DNA of 64,000 nt from Tubiluchus corallicola (lineage: Eukaryota > Animalia > Priapulida), in NCBI GenBank assembly GCA_030141605.1, contig JAQGDQ010000064.1, positions 610,116 through 674,115 on the forward strand, written 5' to 3'. Numbering within the stretch: position 1 is the stretch's first letter; each line of letters opens with the position of its first letter. This document shows, in pieces, positions 15,001 to 27,800 of this stretch. Both the position numbers and the translations under genes were made by a program. A model generated the notes under the pieces. It saw only the letters and a program-made list of their open reading frames with translations. It did no database searches and was not told where the DNA came from.

Positions 15001-16476
15001 AAATTTCTTTGCATCTTACTTGCACAACAGACAACAGTACACTTCCATTGGAGATACTAACTCAAATCTAACTACTATAACATGTGGAGTACCACAAGGC
15101 TCTACTCTAAGCCCGATATTGTTTCTTTTGTACATAAATGATCTTGTTAACAGTTCTAACTTCCACACTAGAATGTTTGCAGATGACACTAATCTATTTT
15201 TAACAGATACTAAGATAATTAATTTACAAACCTCAGTTAATAGTGAATTGCATAAGATTAATCAGTGGATGAAAGCTAACAAACTGTCTATGAACTATAA
15301 AAAGACAAAATACATGCTGATTACGCCTGGCCGCAAAACAGACACATATGAAAATTTCCAGATTTCAATGAATAATCAAATATTAACTAGGTCTAAAGAA
15401 ATTAAATACCTCGGTATGTTCATTGATGATAACTTAACATGGTCTACACAAATAAAACACATAACCTACAAAATTAGCAAAATCAATGGCATAATTGCGA
15501 GGATAAGACACTATGTAAATACAGATATACTAAAACTAATATACCATGCTTTGGTTTATTCTTATCTTCACTATGGGATTCTTGCCTGGGGCACTGCATC
15601 TTCAAATACTTTAAAACCAATACAAACTCATCAAAACATTATAGTTAAGCTGATGACATTTTCTGGTAGACGGGAACATGCAACGCCATCCTACATTAAA
15701 TTGGGCCTCTTAAAACTGAATGATATCTACAAACTCGAGCTTGCAAAATTTGTATACAAATTTAAGAATAACTTACTACCAGAATTGTTTCTAAATTACT
15801 ATACGCCAGCATCTGATATTCACAGTTACAACACTAGGTTTTCTACTAGCAGTTCTTTCTTCATCGAACGATTTAATACATCTAAGGGTCAAAGATCGTT
15901 AAAGTATCAGGGATCAGTATTATGGAACTCCCTACCTGCTCACATAACTTCTTTACCTCTGCATTCACTAAATAAACAGTACGCTAACGCACTTCTTGAA
16001 ACTTACAAATAAATCAGTTTTTTGTCTATTAGATGTACATTCTTGTATCTTTTGCTGAAAAACATTTTTTATAAGGTGCAAACTCACTTTCTATAATGTA
16101 CAATAATGAACATGCTTCTTATATTACAGGCAAACACAGTCAGGAAAATGGACATAATGATTTCACTCAGAAACAATTGTGAGGTATTTTCAATGAGTTG
16201 CTTAGTAGTTCATAAATTTGTCATGGCTTTTGGTATTTGATTTTTGTTTTTTTGCTGTTGTATTTTTCTTTTTGTATTTCTGCACGTTTATGTATTTTTT
16301 AATATAGTTGTGTCTACTGTCATTAGCGTCCTTTTGTTTACTGTCCTTTGAGAAGGGTGGTTGATTCGATAACCTTTGGTTTTTTGCCACCCTTTCTCCT
16401 ATGTTCGTTTGTATTTTTGTGTATTTTATTGTCAAATCATTGTATATTTATAGAGGAAAATAAAATTACTATTACT
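12090..16476 (+). mobile_element. Near full-length L2/Crack/CR1-clade LINE: ORF1 plus ORF2 (PHD-APE-RT), inactivated
   Basis: ORF1 12090-12701 (LEQYERR..LEITGIP, IIIKF, IYINENLT, YKYVW). ORF2 from 12734 has a C4HC3 PHD finger, APE (VSETR, GDFN, DHIY, DHLP) and RT (NYRPISLL, QFGFR, DLSKAFDTV, GVPQGS, FADD), with its stop at 16012. Lesions: TAG 13124-13126, frameshift ~14085, TGA 14236-14238, frameshift ~14672. 3' stem-loop 16350-16398, AATAAA 16459, (ATTACT)2 tail. Confidence 0.92.
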
Positions 16477-16816
16477 TTTAGTTCTTGTAGGTTAGAAAAT
16501 AGATTCGAACATAGGCTAGAGGAGTATGACAACTACAACAAAGATACGTATCACATCCGAAGATTACAGCATCTACCACAACTGAAATGTAAGATATAAT
16601 CATTAATCAATTATAACGTCGCAAATTTGCTCAGTTACCACTATCATCACTGTCATGTCAGTACGGGAAAACTTTGCTTATGTCATGGCAATTTTTGTCG
16701 GCGACCAGCAGACAATTTTTTTCAGTTCAAAAATTTATTTATCTAGACAGTTTATCCATCTAGACAGTTTTGATTTATTTTTATTCTCTAAGAGTAATAC
16801 AGCTGCGGCTCTGGAC

Positions 16817-18159
16817 TAGGGGTGAGCATCGAACGTTCGAATCGAGTTTTTTAGTTCTAATTCGATTCGAACATAAAACTACAGATTCGAATTATTCAGC
16901 ACTTCAACCACACACGTTCTTTGTCATTAAAACGTTTGAAACATCATGCAATTAGCGCAATTTAGATTTCTGTGCACATCATCCATCATCATCATCCAAT
17001 GAATCATACGTCCAGGGACATGATTCTGCTCACCTTCCTATGCCAGGACTCCCTGCTTGCCGCAATGATCCAAGTGCATTTATTTCCAACGATCAATGCT
17101 GAAGTGTTTAAATCTTTCTGTGCAAAATCTAAATATGTTAACACTTGTCCTCCTGCAGGTTTTTTAGCTGGTTCCATGGTTTGTTAAAGAGCTATCTTCA
17201 CTGGAATATCATCAGGTAGTCTAAGCATATGCCCAATCCATCTTAAACGGCGTCTTTTTATTTTTCTTGTCCAAGGTTCTTCTTTTATTTTTTCATATAG
17301 ATCTTTGTTTGAAATTTTCTTTGGCCATCTAATACCTTAAATGTTTCTGTAATTTCGCCTTTGAAATGCATCAATTTCAGCTTTATGATTTGCTTTTAAT
17401 GTCCAGAGCTCAGAGTTATACAGAAATACAGTTTCAACTAAGGCTGAGAATATTCAAATTTTTGTTTCCAAAGAAATCTTCCTAGTTTCAAAAACTTTTG
17501 TGAGTTTTGAGTAAGCTGATAATGCCATTATCTTCAGGCTTGATATGTCGCCTTCTGTTGCTACCAGACTACTGAGATACTTGCATCTTTGCCAGTTCAG
17601 TTTCTCCTCTATTGAGTTTTTTATTCATCTATTTTTTCTTTGTTTCTGTGCACAATTTTGAAACAAAGTTTCTTAATATGCACGATCTTTGTAAGACTAA
17701 TTTTTGTTGGTGGTTCGAAAACTTGCTCGGAAATCTTTCAATCTAAATTCGAATTCGATTCAAATTCGAAATGTTGAAGTGCGGTTCGAGTCGAGTTCGA
17801 AAGTCACAAATTCAATTTCTGGTAGAGAATGCTCAGCCGTAGTGAGTATCGAACATGCAAGTTCGAACGTTCGAATTCGCTTTTTTAGTTAGAATTCGAT
17901 TTGAACCATTAATTATGGATTCTAACAATTCACGACTTCAACTGCATACGTTCCTTAACATTGAAACAGCATGCGATCAACCCAGCTAGCTGTGATTTTT
18001 GTGCTAAATTTTTAACAAATTACTGCTGCCTTTACTGCCTTAAGAAAGTTAAGAGATATGCATGATCTTTTTGAGACTGCTTTTTATGTAATTTGATTGG
18101 AGTTTGAAAGTGAAACGTTTGATTCAAATTCGCTTTCTGATAGAGAATGGTCACTCCTA
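16817..18159. mobile_element. Two head-to-tail copies of a TTCGAA-rich MITE (TAGGGGTG-type TIR)
   Basis: Copy 1 16817-17841, TIRs TAGGGGTGAGCAT / ATGCTCAGCCGTA, split by an RTE insertion. Copy 2 ~17841-18159 repeats the same internal sequence and ends GAATGGTCACTCCTA. Confidence 0.7.
16979..17642 (-). mobile_element. 5'-truncated RTE-clade LINE nested in MITE copy 1
   Basis: Minus strand reads EPWTRKIKRRRLRWIGHMLRLPDDIPVKIAL; (ATG)n tail; perfect 12-bp TSD TTTCTGTGCACA at 16967-16978 and 17643-17654. Confidence 0.8.
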
Positions 18160-18360
18160 AATATTACTCAATAGCACTCTTATCCTCAATAGCATATCTG
18201 ACAGTTACTATGCATTGCAAGTGATTTTTTAAGTTATTTAACTAATCTAAGAGCAAGCATTTGAATTTACCCATTGACAAACAAACTGTTAACTAATTTC
18301 AGCAGTCCTATTATGCAACTAACAGACTAACCAAAAAATAAAAACTAATGTGATGTGTAT

Positions 18361-18657
18361 CATTATCATTATCATACGATCAGTGCTGAAGTGTTTAAAT
18401 CTTTCTGTGTGTTAACATTTGTTCTCTTGCAGGTTCTTTGACGGGGTCTATGGCTTGTTGAAGTGCCATCTTCACTGGATTATCATCAAGTAGTCTAAGC
18501 ATATACCCAATCCATCTTAAATGGCTCTTTTTTATTTTTCTTGTCTTCTTTTATTTTTTCATATAGGTCCTTATTTAAGATTTTCTTTGGTGATCTGATA
18601 ACCAGAATGTTTCGGGGATTTCTCCTTTGAAACTCATTGATTTCAGCTTTATGATTT
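18361..18657 (-). mobile_element. Second, shorter copy of the same RTE family
   Basis: Similar to ~17090-17390; (ATG)-like tail; flanked by ATGTGATGT at 18348-18356 and 18658-18666. Confidence 0.7.
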
Positions 18658-19170
18658 ATGTGATGTATAATAATTAAACATGGATATTTTAATAATTGAA
18701 AATTTGTAATTTCATTTCAATTTTTCCAACCATATTGAAAAAATAAAACTTAAAACTCTACTTCACAACATTATAAACTGAAACATGATCATACTGTTGA
18801 AATTCTGTCTCTTTGCAAAAACTATCTCAGAACCTAGATTCTTAACTTAGTCAGTTTCCATTTGGCCTGGTAAATGGAAAATAAAATGGCAGTTCATTAC
18901 CTCTATGGATTTCAGAGTCAGACAACTAATAGGGCTGCAAAAAGTAATGCATTTTGCGTAAATAAACACTGTGTAACATTGCACTTTCATATAAACCCCT
19001 AAGACAAAAACTAAAGTTCCACAGTTTAATTAGAAATGACTGGAAACATAACTATATTTGGACAGTCGTGGCATGGTAATACTAACTATACAGTGAAGAA
19101 TTGAAGGAATATGCCATTCTACAAAATGCAATCCAATTGTGATCTAAAAACAACAATAGCAATCTCACAG

Positions 19171-21744
19171 CTAGGAATCAATTTCTCCGAGGTATATCTT
19201 TTTATCACTAGAACAAGAAACAATAATTGGCTCATGCGGATGAAAGTCGACTTCGTTTACAGAACCATTGTGCCCCGGCAGCTTGTACATGATGCGTCGC
19301 GATGTTGTGTCCCACACATAAACAAATCTGTCTGCTGAACCAGCTGTAATTTTGCTCCCATTTGGAGCCCATGCACATTTAATCAAGTTCTTTTCAAAGT
19401 TGTGCTGGTGACCTTGAAAAATTTTAACACAACGCTCAAGTGGGGCAAATGGCCGTACATCCCAGATCCGCAATGTGTTGTCCATAGCATTTGACAGGAG
19501 GTATGAACCATCAGGACTGAGACGAAAACCTAAACAAAAAACATGTGGTTATAACGGTCATAGATAAAAGATAAAAAAATATGTAGCAAAGTGAGTATCT
19601 GGGCACATATTACAAAAAATTCTGGTGACATTAACATGTGCGCTGATGGGAAACACCTGATGAAGGCAATTAAAAATAAACAGACAATACATTTTCATTA
19701 AGCAAATTGCATTCAAAATTTCATAAAAAAACTTTATAGTACCTGTTGGGGTATCTGTGTGACCTGTCATGGTATAAAGTAAAGCATTCTTCCTTAAATC
19801 CCACACTTTGATGCAATTGTCAATTCCACCAGAAATGATCTGCTCAGATGTGTCATTGAATGTAACAGCAGTTACCTACAAATGCAAAACAATATGGAAT
19901 AAGTTCAAGACTTTTGAACACAAACACTATGCAATAAAATCTTCTTGAAAACATGAAAAAATCTTTCTACAGTACTTCTAAATCTTTGCTTTCACTTGCA
20001 AAACTGCTGTTCCACGAATAATCCAAGCCCTTATATAATCTACCACTTAATTTCAGCAACATGTATAACATACTATCAGCTATCATCCTAATGATCCTTT
20101 ACTCCAATTTACACTAGGCAGAAAATACTCTAACGGTACATTAATCTGGATCTACTGTAAAGAGTGACACAACCATGACCTCTACTGGGACAGCACTTTC
20201 CTGATTACCTCCCTGATATGATCACAGAAGATGTACACATTCAGGACCTGAATTAATTTCATAACAGAAATAGAATATGTACAGTCCTGGATCCTTTCAC
20301 TATGCTCTTTGCTAATACAGCACTGCCCTAACTGAGCATGTTTCGTTATATGCGGGACCGACAACATGTTTTTAATGACACAGAGACACAATGTACACCA
20401 CAGCAGCTTGTAGCATGATTATATTTACTAATTCTCGCAGCATGCATGGTGTGTATATGTTGCTACAAAAAAATCTACAAAAATCAATGGATTCGTCTGA
20501 GGGCACTACATAAGATACTAACCAAGAGCTTCACTCAATGACACTTCATTTACCAGTGCAAAATAACTTACCTGGTAAGTGTTTTGGAACGTTTGCAATG
20601 CTCCCCTTTTACGTTGATCCCATAATTTCACTGTACAATCATCACTGCCAGTACAAATCAACTGAGGTCCACGACGTGCTGGATAGCAGCTGTTAACAAA
20701 ACTGGTGTGACCTTTCAACTTTTTAACTCTTTCTCCTGAAATACAGTAAAAGACTTTAAAATAAAAGAACAAATTTATAATGTGACCCTAGAAAGAAGAA
20801 ATGACTACAGTGAACAATGTAAAGGCTTCAGTTTGTCAGTGTCAAACAAAAATTTGTAGTTATATTAACATTATGATAATGTACTCACACTAATCAACAC
20901 TAATTATTAATTAATAAGTTATTCTTCTTTAGTCTCAAGTTTACAGATACATTTCGAAAAAATTAATGATTAACATGCATGTATTAAAAGAAATAAACAT
21001 TTTGCAATACTGTCATTTCCATTTATGAGTATAATTTCCTAACATAATGACTACCAATACCTGTACTTCCGGTACTTTTCCCCCCTCCAAAAAAATTGTA
21101 AATGGCATAAACTTATGACAATTTATGTAATAGTACATAATTAGTTTGCATGCTAATTTATATAGTTTTGCAATTAATAGATGATTTCTTATATTTATCA
21201 GGTTCAGCTAACAACTTGAAAAAACACAAATCGCAATTCTTAAATTCTCAGCACAAATAACAGTCGATTCCAATATTAACATGGTGACACAAGGTGATCT
21301 GCAAGGTTCACCACATTATGTAATGTTACATAGACCCAACTTACCACTGTGCATGTCCCACAACATCACAGTCTTATCAGTAGAAGCGGTGAAGAGTGTA
21401 GATCCATCTGGAGAAAAATGAAGTTCTTGAACAGCACCAGTGTGACCTTTCAACACAGCAAAGTTTTCACATTCACCATAAACATTCCACAAGTAGATTA
21501 ATCTGTCAAAACCTGAAGATGCTAAACATGTGCCTTCTGGATGGAACTTGATTGTGTAAATCTCTCCTTCATGTCCTGCTAGCAGCATAATTGGAGCAAG
21601 AAGACTTGAGGTTCGCTGTAAAGCTCCTTCGACAACAGCTTGGCTTCCAGAAGATAGCACGCTAACTTCGCCACCTCTTTGACGCTTTGAAGGAACGACA
21701 GCTCCATAGTCCTGCTCTCTTTGACGCTTATCCGAAACCGGCAT
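19171..21744 (-). CDS. SNRNP40: U5 snRNP 40 kDa WD40 protein, 351 aa
   Basis: Exons 21744-21345, 20735-20572, 19875-19743, 19529-19171 (1056 nt, in phase). Motifs RTSSLLAPIMLLAGHEGE, KGHTSFVNSCYPARRGPQL, MDNTLRIWDVRPFAP, HNFEKNL, YKLPGHNGSVNEV, SDKKIYLGEI. Confidence 0.96.
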
Positions 21745-22323
21745 GTTTACTTCCTTATCTGGCAACAAAGTTTTAAAGATAATTAAATAAAATTAGGTTA
21801 AAAAACAATATATGTAGCATGTTTCAAGTTATGTAATGTCCATGAATGAATTTGTGACATTAAAAGTGTAACAAGCCTTTACTTTTCAAGTACCAAGTTG
21901 CTTGAGCAAGGCAATGGTGCCCTTATGGCATTATAGTCAAAGCAATTATAGTTAGTGAAAGTTTTACAACTACTGATAAATTTGGATTTTCAGGATGTCA
22001 ATTTAAATATTATCCTAATTTACAAAACTATATGAAGTATATTTAGAAAATAAATATTTTTCCTATCAGCGTCAACTTGTGAACTTAATTCATGGACCTT
22101 GTTTTTATACTAGCCAACCTGTTTTAATTACTGGTTTAAAGGTCATTTTGTAATATGGCCTGGTACTATATACTGGTTACGTAAATTGGAATTTAGTTCA
22201 AATTGGCTTATTATTTTCCCTAAAAAAATCATCTGAGATTCTAAAACTTAAAATGATTGGTGAAAGGCAATCAAAACCTTTTGGCATTTTTTGATAAAAT
22301 TGCATTAGCACAGCAAAAATCTC

Positions 22324-22746
22324 CTCGTTAGCTATCTAAGCATATGGGTGCCTCCCTGTTACAAACATTTGTGTTCCTGTATGCCCGCACTTTCCCTGAG
22401 TTTCACATTCTATGGGAAACCAATAAAATTGCTTTGTAACCTCGGTGAAGATTTATATCGTTTAGTTGTCTGGCTGTAAAAGTGCTGATATAACCAAAGA
22501 AAAGTTTGTAATTGGCAGCCACCCATATGGTTAGATAGCTAATGAGCTAGTGAACAGCATGTTTTTCCTAAGGTGTTACAAACTTTTATTTCGTTACACT
22601 TGCACTTTAAACATAAAATGAACAATATGTATGCAAGTTGAGGTGTTACAAACTCTTCTTTGGTTATCAGCAGTTTTAATTACACGCAGATATGCAGGCA
22701 GACAACTAAACAATATGAATCTTCACCGAGGTTACAAAGCAATTTT
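22324..22746. repeat. Interleaved inverted repeats, probably rearranged MITE copies
   Basis: Arm a 22324-22353 pairs with 22514-22546; arm b 22425-22511 pairs with 22646-22746. Confidence 0.65.
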
Positions 22747-23229
22747 GACAATCTTAGTTCCTATTTGTTTTTAAATCCCTGGTGTTTGAATTGCATAGGG
22801 TAAATAAACTTGGATAGGAGAGAAATGAGGTGTTGCAATGCTTCATTCAGTAAGGTGAAGTGTATTTCAGGCCATGCCGAAACGAAACTCGAATATCAAA
22901 CCACATTTATTACTATTTTTACATTCAATATTGAATAACGATCGTCGAATGTCAAGCCAACTTGAGACTGGTAAGATGCTCTAAAGTACTCGGAAGAACA
23001 AAAAAATAAAGGAAAACAGAGAAAAACCGTTTTCGGAAAACGTTTCGGTGGAATAAGAAATCTTTCAATTCTCTGTACGCTAAACGCTAAACCGCTCTTG
23101 GTTTGTTTTTAGAATCACCCTTTTTCAACGACTCAACTTAACATATAACTTAAGTTCGGACATCAGTTAAACACAACTTTTGTTATTTAACGTCGATGCG
23201 TAAAACACCATATTAAAATTCTTATGCAC

Positions 23230-24580
23230 TTGTTACAGAGGCCTGTAATACCTGTCTGCAGGTGGCATCTACCCTGGACAGTGTAATTATGATGCTGATT
23301 ATAAAATGAGACGAGGGTATCATGCTGAACTATCGCAGATGTATGACATTTCCATTGGTATCACTAACCATAAACAATAAAGCAACAACATCATCATGTT
23401 GTTTCCTTAATGATTTAAGGAAAATCATTTAATGATTCCTTACTTTCTGGAGTCTTTCCATCATTATGTAAAGAAATGCTTATTCAGCCATTACTGAAAA
23501 AAATCTTGAGCATAAATTCTACAATTATCGTCCAGTGCTAATCTATCATTTGTGTCAAAAATTATAGAAAGAGCCGCTGCTGAACAAATGAATGATTATC
23601 TCACTGATAATAATTCCTTTGAACCATTGCAATCTGTATATTATCATATTAAATATCATCGTCTTCATCGTCTCATATTAAAAGTGGAATTTACAGATCT
23701 AAGAGGGAAACTACTCCAATAGTTTCATTATTTTCTAACGCAGAGAAGGCAAAGACTAGTTTTAAATGGTGTAACCACTTCCTGGAGAAATGTAACCAGT
23801 GGCATTGCTCAAGGGACTTTGTCGGGACCTTATTGTTTTCTTATTTTTATCAATGATGTTACTGATTGTGTATACCCTGACACACGTATACCACTGTTTG
23901 TTGGTGATATAAAACCTTACTGTCCAATTGGAAATTCCTCTGATCAAGAGACCTTATAAGCTGACCTGTCTGAAATTGACTGGTGGTGTGACAACTGGTT
24001 AATGTCCCTGAAACGTAGTAAATGCAGCACACTTCATATTCATTCTAGTTCTGTGATACCTTATTATCTCAGACATGGTGTTTATGAAGAAAATTCATTT
24101 GTACGTAATTTAGGTATATTAATCTCAAACAGCGTGAAGTGGAATTCACATATTATTTCTCAGGCCAATAGACGCATTGGAATGATAAAACGCTGCATTT
24201 CATCACGTAGTGCAAAAGTCACTGTACCTCTTTATAAAGCTGCAGTTAGGCCAGTACTAGAATATGCATGCGTTGTTTTGTCACCACAGTATGTTGCTCT
24301 TAAAATGCTTTAGAAAAAACTCAATTAAGATGTATTAGTCTGGCCTCGATCTAATATTTAACCTGCCTCTGTATCGTCTCTTGAACAATGCCATGATGCT
24401 ATAGATCTTATTAACTGTTATAAAGTTATTAGTGGCAGCTCTATTTTGTGTAGTGACAATTCTAGACCACTACGTGATTTACGTGGACACAGTTCTAAAT
24501 TATTTGTGCAATACTCTCGCACTAGTATCTGAGCTCATTTCTTCTCTTCTCGTGTTGTGGGCCTTTGGAATTCGCTTAAT
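23230..24580 (+). mobile_element. Composite degenerate LINE relics (L2-like RT fragment, then CR1-like RT and C-terminus)
   Basis: ~23523-23640 reads NYRPV/NLSFVSKIIERAAAEQMNDYL. ~23700-24580 reads FLTQRRQRLVLNG, VTSGIAQG, FLIFIND, LYKAAVRPVLEYA, LRGHSSKL, FFSSRVVGLWNSL, with stops and frameshifts. Confidence 0.8.
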
Positions 24581-24818
24581 AGTGAAACAGTAGACGCTTC
24601 AAATCTGCCGCAATTTCTGGGCAAATTGTTGAGGAGAGACCGTCAATAACCTTGTTGTGATTAGACTTCGCAAGCAAGTATCCATCCCCTTGTTGGTGCG
24701 CCGTACGCCGGGATGCGTCAGAACTCACAAGTCCAAGAAACTGCAGTACAGATAACAAAGCAGAATGACTGTACAGTGTACATACCGTTTATTGCGTTGA
24801 GCGTGTTGAATAATTTAC

Positions 24819-27800
24819 ATGGCGTTTTCCAGTGCTGTTGAAAATGATCTAGATTATAATAAGTTTTTCAGTGATTTGCAGGTGAGATGGCACTAATTAT
24901 CGCGTCTATCTGATTTATCTAGGCTATGAACTAAAAAGCGAAAGAGTAAAGTTTATTATTCATGTAAATACTAGCACTTCTGTTGCATTCACATTCATCT
25001 ATTGAATGATGGCTTTACTAGTTGACCTTTATTGTCTTTCGCCATCCTATTTCCATTGTGATAATTAAATACATTTATTTGTCTTATGAATATTGAAATA
25101 AATACACGTTTTGAATTGAATTTTGAATTTTTGAATTGTTGCAGTACTAGTGCAGTAGTAAATCTTCTCTAGTTGTAAAAGTAATTTTTGAGATTAATAG
25201 TGAGTGACTGTAAAACTCTTTTACTAATTTTAGTACTTTTATTTTTAGATCAATTCAATTTATTGCGCAAATATTAACATTACATACATTGCCATTGGCA
25301 AGTACAAAAAGAAAAATATTATAGGGGAAACTACAGATTACTATAGCATTAGTATTATAATTTATACATATAAAAGAAGGAAAAAAACTGATGCACTGCT
25401 ACTTTGTTATACTAGCTTTTATGAGATACAGATCGGCTAGTACAATTTTATTATTAATCGAACCGATTGAGATTTTGACTGCCCAATGATACTTGCTAGT
25501 AGATACTATAACTTATCAGGAAAGGTTTTCAAATGCAGTACGCCTCTAACTAAAATTAGCTTTATCATAACTAACCAAATGATATGCACAATTATTGAGC
25601 AGCTGTAGCAAAAGGCTAATTGAAAAACACACCATTGAAGTTACTCTCAGTACCCTCTTTGTTGGTTGTGTGCCTGCGAGGGCGAGGTCACACTTTACCG
25701 ATTTCTTTTTCAATTTTGGGTTATACTTTGGCTTATCTGTTATTCTTCTACTTCCATACATTCATCTACTATTTTCAGGCATGTTGATTATTTCATGTAA
25801 AAATGAGTGTGAAACATAGAATGTCCGGGCATCATCATGCCCTGGTGTGGGTGTCCAAGTACAATTAATGCATTTTTGGGTGTCAGAATAAAATATAAAA
25901 AATTTAAAAAAAAAGAAACATTAAGGTAATTTTTTTGGATCCTGCCATTGTAGTTTACCATGCTGTATTTATACATTATATATATATTACTACACTCAAC
26001 AATACACTATCATTTATGAGTCTCATGAAGTATACATATATGTATAAATTTTGCTTCATATATGTCAATGTTTAATTATCATGGTTGAAAACTAATCATG
26101 CAAGATTTTTTTCTGTCTAACTTCTACACCAAAATGGAAACAAATTTATTTTTCTCTGTGTATTATGTTGTGTTTTAGAGGCTCATCAGTGAAAATTATG
26201 ATTTAGTGATACGATTCCACATATGTCAGTTACACCTACTTTAGCACTACCCACCTATATTGATGTCGAAAATAGATTGTTTTCCTTTTCACCATAATAT
26301 CTTTCAATATATTTAGCACAATTTTTTTGGGTTTTGCCATTTACAAATAATGCCCATGTTGCAAGTAGACTTTATCAGATGGTTTCACGCTGCTGCTACC
26401 AGTGTACTCTGTACTGGTGTTCTTACAGAAATTTCATTGTGACGTATCATTATGTGTAATGTAGTGATGGATGATTTTGAAATTTTGTAATTCAAATATA
26501 ATCTTGTTCTTGTAATTCAATATCACTCTTAATCTTTTGGGGCAATTTTTTAGTGTTCAGTCAAATATAGCTTATAACCGGCTTTTGTTGCTGTCTGTCA
26601 TTTTCATACTCGCAAATTATTTTTATAGACACTCACCCCTTTCTTATTAACTACTGTATGACTAGTCATGTCACGTGTCAGTGACTTTGAAACCCACAGT
26701 TTGCAACATTGTGGTTTACAATTGTGCAGATTATGTAAGGCCGGAGAAACAAAAAATGCAACGATTTCATTTATTTGTGCCAAAAACTGCTTTTAGTTCA
26801 AATAGTCACACTAACGCTTTTAGTTACATTAGTGTGTAACACATATGTTTTGCTCTTGATTAATCTCGATTAATTGAATTTTTGTTCAATCGTCGATTAA
26901 ATCGATTTATACGTGGCTGTAATCGGGATTAATGCGATTAATCTATTAATCGCCCATCACTAGTTTAATGTTACATGCTCTGCTGTCTCCATGTTCTACA
27001 TTGATCTGGACTCTTTTCTGTGCATTCATCGAATATTCTCTAGCACTCCCATTTTTGTCTTAATAAGCATTCCATACCACAATGTATCATTTGCTCATAT
27101 TTCATGCAGCCAACATGTATATTTCATTCATTATAGTGTGTCTAGCTGTTCTGTGTGTGCCAAGTAATTGAAAATATTCATTTAATAATGATAAGTATTA
27201 TTCACTTAATATCTAGGCAAAATTTTACGAGCTATACAAAAAGGCGCAAGACAATTGTTACCTCATCTGCATTCCATGTGTAAGTGCAATTCAGAATGTT
27301 GAAGTCACCGTCGAGCTTATCGGTATGCAAGCTTGTGTTTTTAATTATGTATAGTTATTATTATGCTACACTTTATCAACAGTTAATTACTACACTTAGT
27401 TAATAATTTTTTGGAAAGCAGATAAAAGTCTGAGAAATTTTATCTGATTGTATGTTACCCATATAATGACTTGTGGTTTTTGTGTTTTTTTTCAGAATAA
27501 CTCAGATTTATATATGCTTTAAATATCTATTATATGTTGTTATTGATGTTTTAAATCCGTTCACTAAGTAGATATTTAATTGTTGATACAATTAAATAGC
27601 AACATTCCACGACTACTTGCAAATCTAATTAGAACCATAGTCAGAATGTTTTAGTTAAAAATAAATTAGAAAGCGAGTGGAACTCATGAATCTAATGTCT
27701 AGCATCAGTTAAAAAAGCATAAATTTTTAATTTTGTTCTCCCTGTCATTCATATGTATCATTCGCATCACTTTGCACAGTTTTCTATTTGCATGTTTTTC

